Both the position numbers and the translations under genes were made by a program. This document shows positions 55,271 to 64,000 of a stretch of 64,000 nucleotides of DNA, piece by piece (position 1 is the first letter of the stretch; every line of letters starts with the position of its first letter). Source of the stretch: the human T2T-CHM13v2.0 reference genome, Homo sapiens; assembly GCF_009914755.1 (NCBI RefSeq), contig NC_060929.1. One strand, written 5' to 3'. The notes beneath the pieces were generated by a model. That model saw nothing but the letters and a program-made list of their open reading frames with translations, did no database searches and was not told the DNA's origin.

Positions 55271-57469
55271 TTCAAGAGTAGACTGCGAGCTGTTTCCTTT
55301 TTATTTTATCCTGTGAATGCACTTTATCATTATCTCCTTGAGGCATTAGAAAATGTAAAAGTGGAAGCTGGTACATTTAAACTCACATAGAACTCGAAGC
55401 GATTGTGTATTATCATCTATAAATGTTAAAATGAAGACTCTAGTTACTAGATATGTTCCCTCTTATATATATTTTTCACATATCCATAATGTCCCCATAC
55501 TCATTTTTTATGTGTGTATATAATAGTGGAAGCTGTGTTTGTAAAAACAATTTTAATGTCATTTTCCTTATTACAGAAGTAATAATTAGAGTAGAAAATT
55601 TTGGATTTACATATAAGCAATATCAAGAAAAGAAAAATCAACCAAGGTCTCACTGCTCTAATCATTAATATTTTGGTTTATTTTATCAAACCTAATCTCT
55701 CAGTCTCTATCTCCATATTATATATGTATACACACATACCATATATGTACCTACATATTGACTCATATGTTGCCAAGAGCTTTACAGATAATATAGGCTG
55801 GAGACTAGGTTTACTGCTAAATAATTTTTATCAGTTTGTTTAAAAAGAATTCTCTCATTGGTGTTATATACTAAGGCCAACAAAAGGTGGACCTGGTTTG
55901 GCATTGTAATATGGAAATATGCCTTGGATCATCCATACCAAGGTGTTTATTTGGCTTCTGATAAATTGCTGGGTTTCCTGATTTTATGCTATTGCTTTTC
56001 TTTAAACAATTATTTTATGCAACCAATAAAAATTCCACCTTGCTCGGAAACTCTACCTGAGGATATCTTTATAAATTGGATGATTTTGCCTTGTTTGGGT
56101 TGGTTAGAGGGTCTGCATAGACTTTGAAGCAGTTACACTATTTATATTATAGTGGTACTATGTTGAGGAGAGTGTGTATTATGGAAGTTTCTAAATATTT
56201 ACCTAAAGGTGGTGTTCATGCTCAATTCTTTTGATCTTATGACTAACTTCCTTCTTCTGAGATCTTGACTTTGAGGAATATTTACCAATTTTCTTCAATT
56301 ACATGATGACTCATAAGCTACATGAAACCTTAAAAAGAATTTCCTTGTATTGTTTCATAATCTACTGCTTTCAGATTGTGTAAGCAGAGGTGGCTGTACT
56401 CACTTGCTAGAAGAGATTTTCTTTAATTTTAAAGGGAATGAAACAGTAGCTACTTTGTAATTTTTAATACTTTTGTTGTTATGGCTTAAAGTGTTTACTC
56501 TCATCAAAGTCCACCAACTTTTCATCTCTCTTATCTCCTTTTTACTAGTAACCTGATGACTCCAAGCAATGTTTACAATAGATGAGGAATATTTTGCGCC
56601 AAAACAGAAGACCTAGTTGAAATGTATTTTATAAAATGTATCAGTTCTAAAAGCAGAGGCCATTATATTCCTTGGGGAATTGGAAATTCCTTCAGTGGTC
56701 AGATGTGTACTGTTCGGGAAGGATTTTTTAAAATCTCTAATCAATAAAATCATCCCTAAAGGGTTCTTTGAAAGAACAATTTAGAATTATCTACAAAACC
56801 TGTCAATGATTAGTGTTAATGTTTGTCACTCACTGAAAAGTAATAAGCATTATTTGCATGCTATACATATGTTATCTCTAGCTATCAGACCCTACAGTCA
56901 GATTTTATTGATGCCCTGTCTGACATTAAGATGTCACTATGAAATCATTTAATGACCCAATTAATTTAAAATGAAAATTTTGTTAGCTGGTTCTAAGTTT
57001 CTGCTGGTGAGATTTGTACCTTTCCTCTCAGTGCTCACCAATTTCATTACCATGTGTAAAGATGTAGGTAAAAATATTTTATGTAGTTTTATCCATTGGG
57101 TCTGTTATTACAATGTATGATATTTATTATTTATTTATTTTTTTTATTAATGTACTTGCATATTAGCTCCAGGAGTATAATGACATGAAGAAACAAAGTA
57201 AGCTAATAATTCTGAGAGCTGTCTTATTTCAGGGTTGCCTAATTAAAACCAGTTTTAAAGACAGAAAAGAAAATTAATGATTATAACAGGATGTAATACA
57301 TGTAATCTTGGAAGGATGCTCAAGATTCCTTGGGAACTGAGGAGGAACATTCAACTCAGATAGGGAAGAATTCCAGGAAGTAACACTTGAGCCTTTAACA
57401 CTGCTAGAACTATATATGCACACTGAAAAAAATACGAATAATACAGAAGAGTATAAAGCCAACAATGAG

Positions 57470-57740
57470 AAAACTATATATAATGTGGTACCCTAGATTA
57501 GATCTTGAAGCAGAAAAAGGATATTAGTGGAAAAACAGATGGAAACTGTACAAAGTTTGGAGTTTGGTTAATAGTAATCTACCCATGTTGTTTTCTTTTA
57601 GTTTTGTGAAATCTATTGTGGAAATGTAAGATATTAACAATGGGAGAAAATAGGTGAGGAAGTATTTACAAATCCTCTGAACTGTCTTTACAACTTTTCT
57701 ATAAATTTAAAATTATTCCAATATAAAAAGCTTATTTAAA
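57470..57740 (+). mobile_element. L1MC/ME 3' UTR end
   Basis: agaaaaaggatattagtggaaaaac...caacttttctataaatttaaaattattcca. Confidence 0.7.
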
Positions 57741-58199
57741 ATGAGCAAATAATAATCTTTTTTTCTTTCACTGACATATCATAATAACATACTGTTTTAT
57801 CTTCACCCCCAGCAATATAAGGTTCACTTTCAGATCAATACATATGAATCTACCTTATTTTAAAAATGCCTGTAAGCTATTCCATGAAGCTAATTTACGT
57901 ATTTTAAAGTCATTCTGTTATCTCCATTTTTATGTCTTAGAAAACAGTGTTGCAAAAAGCATCTTTGCAAATATATTCTTATTTACAATTGCCAAAAAAT
58001 AAAAATATGAACATTTTAACATAAAATAAATGTTTAAAATTGCCAGAAAAGAAATGAAAAATTCTTTTTCAAATAGTTGTTGGAGTTTATAAACCTACCA
58101 ATATTATATAAGAATGCCTTTTTTCTCATGTTCTTATTAAAATGGATATTATCATTTAAAAAATTGCATTCTATTAGAAAGCAGGTGGTATTTCAATTG

Positions 58200-59420
58200 A
58201 GTTGAGATGGATGAATGAATACTAGCTAGGCAAATGGGAATTTGCGGAATAATGGGTAAGATGAAATCATGAGCAAATGTATGGCAGCACAGAGGAAGTG
58301 CTGTTCTCAGAATATGATATTTTTCAGAAAAGCTGGAATTTATCATGGCATTGAGGATCAGCATCATAGAGTTGGCTGCTATCATCATGAAATGTTTGCA
58401 TCCCTCCTAAAGGGATAAACCTGGAAAAGTTAGAAATGATTACAGTTTTTATAAAGGGAAGACCATATTCAGATTTTCACTTTAGAAAGATCTCTATGAA
58501 TGCATTGTAGGAGCCTGGCTTAAATGAAGCTAAATCTGGAAACAGGATAATCAGTTAAGAGGCTTTTAATATGATATGATAAATATCAGTATTGAGGCAA
58601 AGGAAGCACCTTTGAGAGAGGCATTGGGGTCAGAAGCTTCGGGACTTAGAAACTGATGAGACCTGAAGGGTAAAACAAGTGGAGTAGACTAGGTTAAATC
58701 TCAGTTCCATTTTTAGTGTCAATGGCAAAATTAGAGGCTGTAGGGAGAGGAGTAGATTTGCAAGAGAAATGATGAAGTTTTTCTTAGACATGTTTCATGA
58801 GAGCTGCCTGTGAAACTCAAAACTGAAAAGTACGGTGGACTGAGAGAGGCAGATTTCAAGCCTATTTCTGGTCCAGAGATACAGATTTGAGAGTTATTAA
58901 GTGTTACGAGTGGAAGAGGAGACTATGAAATTATTGACATTGGGGTGGATAAGTCTTTGTTGTGGGGGCTTCTCCTGTGCATTGTGGGATGGTTAGCAGC
59001 ACCCCTGGTTTCTGCCTGCTAGAAGTCAGTAGTTCTTTCCAAGCTGTGACAACAAAAAATGCCTTTAGACATTGCCAAGTGTCTCCTCAGGCTAAAGTTC
59101 CTCTGGTTGATGACCATTGGACTATGTGATGTAAGAAGGGGAAAAAGATGATTATGGATCCCCGGGGAACTCTGGCACTGAAATGTGTTAATAACGGTGC
59201 ATGGGAGAAATGCCAGGTAGCTAGAAGTAAAACAAATAAGAAAAAATAAGTGGTACCATCGAGGACAGGGCATGAGATGAGACAAGAAGAAGGAAATAGA
59301 CATCGATGTCAAATATTGATAAGTCAGTTGAAGACTAAATTTGTTAACTCTAGGTGGCAATTTCAAGGTCACTGGCGACATTAACAAGAGTAGCTTTCTG
59401 GATGTCAGCTTCAGGTGCCA
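58200..59420 (-). mobile_element. L2 fragments interrupted by MER20
   Basis: Purine-rich L2 antisense motifs (cagattttcactttagaaagatc, agatttgagagttatt). Confidence 0.6.
58925..59119. mobile_element. MER20 (hAT-Charlie)
   Basis: tattgacatt...tcctgtgcattgtgggatggttagcagcacccctgg...tgtgacaacaaaaaatg...agacattgccaa...ctggttga. Confidence 0.85.
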
Positions 59421-59824
59421 CCTGGAACCGGTTGTTCTCAAAATTCAATAAACTCTTAGTTTTTGAGTGATGGCTTCCTCACTGCTTTCTTGGGGGGTTT
59501 TAATGAAAGTTTTATTACTCTTCTGATCCTCACTCAGTCTAGGTATTTGCCTTAGGGAAACACTGAAACCTCTCTACATTTCTCACTCCTGGTTCGTTTT
59601 TGGACTTAAACTTTTAATAAGCAAATGCCTTTCTTATTTTAACATGATGACTCTTTCAGTTTTTACTCTATTATTGTAGTCCCCTCATCCTAAAATATCC
59701 GGTGGTGTGTCCCGATGTTAACTGGAGTGGCAGACGTTATCTTTGCCAGAAACTTCTCTTTTCTCTTACTCTTGAACCAAATTTAGATGACTAAAAACTC
59801 TCCACTTTCAGGGTGAGTTCGTTT

Positions 59825-60701
59825 CAGTGGAGTACTGGAGCTGGTTCTCACAAGCTTGAGGGCTGATTGTTAAATCTGCAGTAATTTTGGAGCCAATTGT
59901 TAAACACCATCATTCTAAAAAATTAAGTTATAAAATCTGACAATTCATTTTAAAACAGTGGTAAATATTCAGTGCTCATCAATTTTGAATAATTTTACTA
60001 TTGTCTAAGTTCTTGAGGTTATGTCTATTATATCTAAATGGTAAAAGTGTCATATGATGTGGTACTTCTGTGCATCTCTTCTCAAATTTGCGTTCAATGA
60101 TGTCAGGTTGGTAGCTTGAAATCAGCCATGGTGGAAGTTTATACACTGCAGATATTGTCAGAGCCTCATATATTTTTTAACTGTATAGACTGTATAAAGT
60201 AATGGATAAAATATAATAATTCTGATTAAACTTAAAAGTGTCTTGTGTCTGTAGCTGTTACATTGCGAATAGCACACATGGTGAAAATATTCTGGTACCT
60301 AAATATTAGTATCCAATCGGCAAACAAATCATTCCGGTCCTTGATGAATGAGTGAAGTTCCAACACATATCTCTATTGTTTCAATGTCATCTTACTCATT
60401 AATAAGTTAACATTCATATTAACCAACATTCAGTTGGAATTATTCTCATTTGTTAATTGCAAAACTAGGTTGACTATATAAGAATTTGGCAAAAAATAAA
60501 TGAGACCATTTTGTGTGAATAAATTCACCATAAGAAATTTACAATAAAGAGTAATGTATATCTTATTTGCAAGTTATATGCTGCATATCCTTTATATCAG
60601 TTAAATTTATAATGGACTTAGGTTTGTATATCTATATCTATACTTATATTGTTCATATATACTTTTTTTTCAGAAAGTCAACCATTAAACATTTGCCAGC
60701 A
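59825..60701. mobile_element. MER63C/D (hAT-Blackjack)
   Basis: cagtggagtactggagctgg...gattgttaaa...gttggtagcttgaaatcagccatggtgg...ttaaacatttgccagca. Confidence 0.8.
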
Positions 60702-61517
60702 TTTCTTTCTTACAAGACTTTCCATATTAATTTCCAGGGGCTGCCTTTTAAGGTCAATAGGTACCAAAATCTGAGGCAAATGCACTTTAGACCTTCTCAG
60801 AAAGTGTTACTATACACTGGTATTTCTAAAATTGGTCTCGTCTCTGTTCTTGCTTCTGTCATTGTCCCACATTTTATTTTATCATATCTTTACAAAATTA
60901 CTCTATATTCGCCTTCCTGTATCTACTTTTCATACAATATTTATCTTGCAACTATGTAGTCAATTTTTATCTTGTAAAATTCACATCGTTCTCTGGATTT
61001 ATCTTTCCTAATCCTTTTCTGTGACACTATTGCATGTGGTATGAATTTAACTGTACATACTGAAGTTCTACATATTTTGGTCTCATTATTGAATTTTTTT
61101 TATATACTTCTGTTTTTTATCTCTTTAGTGAGTCTAGTCTCTCTAGTCTCTGGATGATGATTGAAAGAAGGTTTTCTGTTCGTAGGCATTGTCTATGCTA
61201 CAATCATTCATAGGCATTCATCTCAAGTGCAGTAGAAGAGAAAGTGATAGGCTTATTCAATGTTTCAATGGGTTAGCTTCCCCTAGTTTTGAACACAATG
61301 GAACAAAATCACCTGGAAACTTGAGAGAGTCTAGGGTGGCCTTTTTCCCTCTTTCTGCATCTATGTTCAATTTCTCTTTTTCTATTTTCTTCATCAAGTC
61401 ATACTGTTAGGTAAACTATCCCTCACCAATATTCAGCCCTCACATCCTGCTCCAGGTTGCAGAATGTCGTTAGACTCTAGTAAAATGGTGGCCTTCCCTT
61501 TAAAAGCACTGATTATC

Positions 61518-61713
61518 TGCTATAGGTTAAATTGTGTCCTCTTCCCCCTATGCCAAAGTCATATGTTGAAGTTCTAATCCCTACTACCTCAGAATGTGAC
61601 CTTATGTGAAAATGGGGTCATTTCAGATTTAATTAGTTAAGATGAGGTCATACTACATTAGGGTGGACCCATGAACGAAAATGGCCAGTGTCCTTAAAAA
61701 AGGGGAAATTTGG

Positions 61714-61749
<36 letters not shown>

Positions 61750-62000
61750 TCTGCCACGTGGGCATCAAGGCAGAGGTGAGGTTGACCAGTCTACAAGCCA
61801 AAGAATGCCAAAGATTTCCAGAAAACGGCAAGAAGCTAGGATAGAGGCATGGAACAGATTTTTCCTCATAGGCAACAAAAGGAACCAACTGTGTCGATAC
61901 TTTGATCTCAGAATCTTTGCCTCCAGAACGTTGAGGCAATTAATTTCTTTGTTTAAGCCACTAAATTTGTGGAACTTTGTTATGGCAGCCAGCCAACTAG
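61518..62000 (+). mobile_element. MLT1C LTR containing a (CA)n tract
   Basis: tacctcagaatgtgacctta...ctacaagccaaagaatgcc...aagctaggatagaggcatggaacagatt...tttgttatggcagcc. Confidence 0.88.
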
Positions 62001-62004
62001 TGTG

Positions 62005-62190
62005 TCATCTAATTATAATACTATCACTGTGACTTAATTAATATCTTCTATCACATATATAGTAAAAGTTTTTTGAGAGCAGGGACTGTGTCTATTTTGT
62101 TCATAACTGTATTCTTTGTGCCTACCATAGTGCATGACATATACTAGGTGCTCAACTGAAAACGGTTAATTGAATGGTTAATTGAATGAA
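62005..62190 (+). mobile_element. L2 3' end
   Basis: gagagcagggactgtgtc...taggtgctcaa...ttgaatgaa. Confidence 0.8.
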
Positions 62191-63359
62191 AATCCTCCTC
62201 CTCAACAGAGTTTACTCTTACGATGGTTGGGAGAATTTTAGTTGTAAACTTTCTATCAGATTTTTCTGCTTGCAAATTCAAGGGGTTGGAGAATTTCTTC
62301 TGTAAATTTGTCTTTGAGATGGAAAAAGGAAGGAAACCTCTTAGTTGGGTGGGATGCATGTGTCTGGTGATAAGCGTTCTTTATTTTCACATAGGCTAAA
62401 TTTACTCACTTTTGGCCATAGCAACAGAATGCGTGCAAAAGTCGAGAGAGTAGTGTGTGGAATGTGAGGACAGCGCCATATGGGGAATTGTGTGGTACGT
62501 GGTTGATATGATGTATTTTAATGTTTAATTTAAGAAGGTCTGATTTTGACAGTAAGAGTTGGGGACTAAAAATAGAACCAAATGATAAATATGGAATAGA
62601 ACTGTGTGATACTAAAAAACAAAAACAAAAACAAAAAACCCTTGTGGCGTGATAGTCCATTATGTTCTATTTTTATATATAATACTTTCACGCAAAACAA
62701 TACCATTTCATCTCTCTCATTTACCTAATTTGCATTATAAATGCATATTGTAATTTTATATGTGCAATGTGAGAAATCTGTCCTGTTTTTCTCTATTTCA
62801 GGCTGTTTATCTTGGGTAATTGTTTTATTGTTGGATCCATTTTAAAGATACTCTTTGTTAGCTATTTTTAATCTCATATAAATAGGATATTTAAATCCTG
62901 ACAACAGAGTTTTGGCCACAGGTTGATTTATATATATTATAGCATATGGATTAGCATAAGGAGTAAGACCAAAAAAATCAGAGTTCATTCCAGAGGAGCA
63001 TATGTCATTTCAATGTTTGGTGTCACGTACATTAGCTAGATAAAATAAAATTGATTCCAAAATATATTTTCTAAATACATATATGTTAGTTTATTTTTAA
63101 ATAGACTTTATGGTTGTTGTTAACATATAAATTCTTCCTATTGCTGTACTAATTAAATGCAATTCTTTCCCCATCACCCCAGCATATCTATATAATTATG
63201 ACATAATTTGATAAAAATATATTTAAGCAATATCTATAATAACATATTTTAGTCTTTCATTACTATAAAATTTTGAATATGGAGCCAAGCAAATAAATTC
63301 AATTTTATATATTTGGAAAAAGAGTTAGAAAGCATTTTCTAGTAAGTACATATACAAGT

Positions 63360-63436
63360 ACATACACACACACACCAACACAGGCATGCACTCATACACA
63401 CACACACACATACACACACACACACAAACACACACT
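63360..63436. repeat. Imperfect (CA)n tract
   Basis: Read directly. Confidence 0.85.
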
Positions 63437-64000
63437 CCAACCAACTGTCATGAAATCATTGAATCAAAACACAATGCTTTGGAAGCTAAATTTGCCAAGT
63501 TTCAACTAACTAAAATGTTGGAGATTTTAAAACAATCCTTGAAGGATTTCAGTTTATGGAAGTTAAGACAATTTCTAATTCTCCAAGAATAATTTAAAAC
63601 AAATTTAAACATTCAAAGGTTTTCTTGAACCTCATAAAACTTTGCACAATAATACATGTGACTTTGCATAATAATAATAATTAAGGACTAAAAGTAGGTG
63701 CAGAAGGGAGAAAATAGAAAGACAAATTGTCAATATTCAAATAGAAAATGGTCCAGAATTTTCAGAAATGAAGAATGACATGAAACACACACATACACAT
63801 GAGACTAACCATGAAGTTTAATTTTTCTAAGTGATAGATTAAGTGTTTAGTAAGAGATGTTTCAAAATAGAAAATCTTTTTAAGTTAGACACCAACACTC
63901 TTAAATATTACTAGGTTTTCTCTCTTCTTATATTATTATTATGCCCAGTATAACAAAATAAATTTTTTTCTGAAATGTTATCCTGAAATTTTGAAAGGAC

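Noticed and set aside
62802-62815. 14-nt microexon candidate (tttcag|GCTGTTTATCTTGG|gtaatt)
   Set aside because: Not frame-preserving, no host gene evident, and expected by chance.

Overview
Repeat-dense, AT-rich, CpG-depleted primate (most likely human) genomic DNA, judged from AluJ/S/Y, THE1, MST/MLT, L1PB/L1MA, L2, MIR and MER elements. I find no credible protein-coding gene, RNA gene, CpG island or CRISPR array. The ORF track is explained by decayed L1, THE1 and Alu sequence, microsatellites and chance. Two large nested transposon stacks dominate. The first is a TSD-bounded L1MA retaining both ends (8160-18451), hosting a THE1B provirus, an antisense L1MA2/3, a MADE1 and a tailless Alu. 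The second is an old L1ME hosting an internally deleted L1PB, which hosts an AluS and a THE1B provirus, which hosts an AluY (26100-33470). A near full-length antisense L1PB lies at 45798-52120. The most unusual signals are: (i) a palindromic 24-bp tandem array ending in a perfect 55-bp inverted repeat at an L1 deletion junction (48859-49006), resembling a templated end-joining scar; (ii) a THE1 solo LTR with the PRDM9-type CCTCCCT variant; (iii) a chimeric Alu-arm duplication; (iv) a 40/41-identical dispersed direct repeat; (v) a few candidate regulatory and splice signals. I cannot support a new multi-gene biological system. Repeat subfamily names come from recalled consensus sequences and need RepeatMasker/Dfam confirmation; boundaries without TSDs are approximate.
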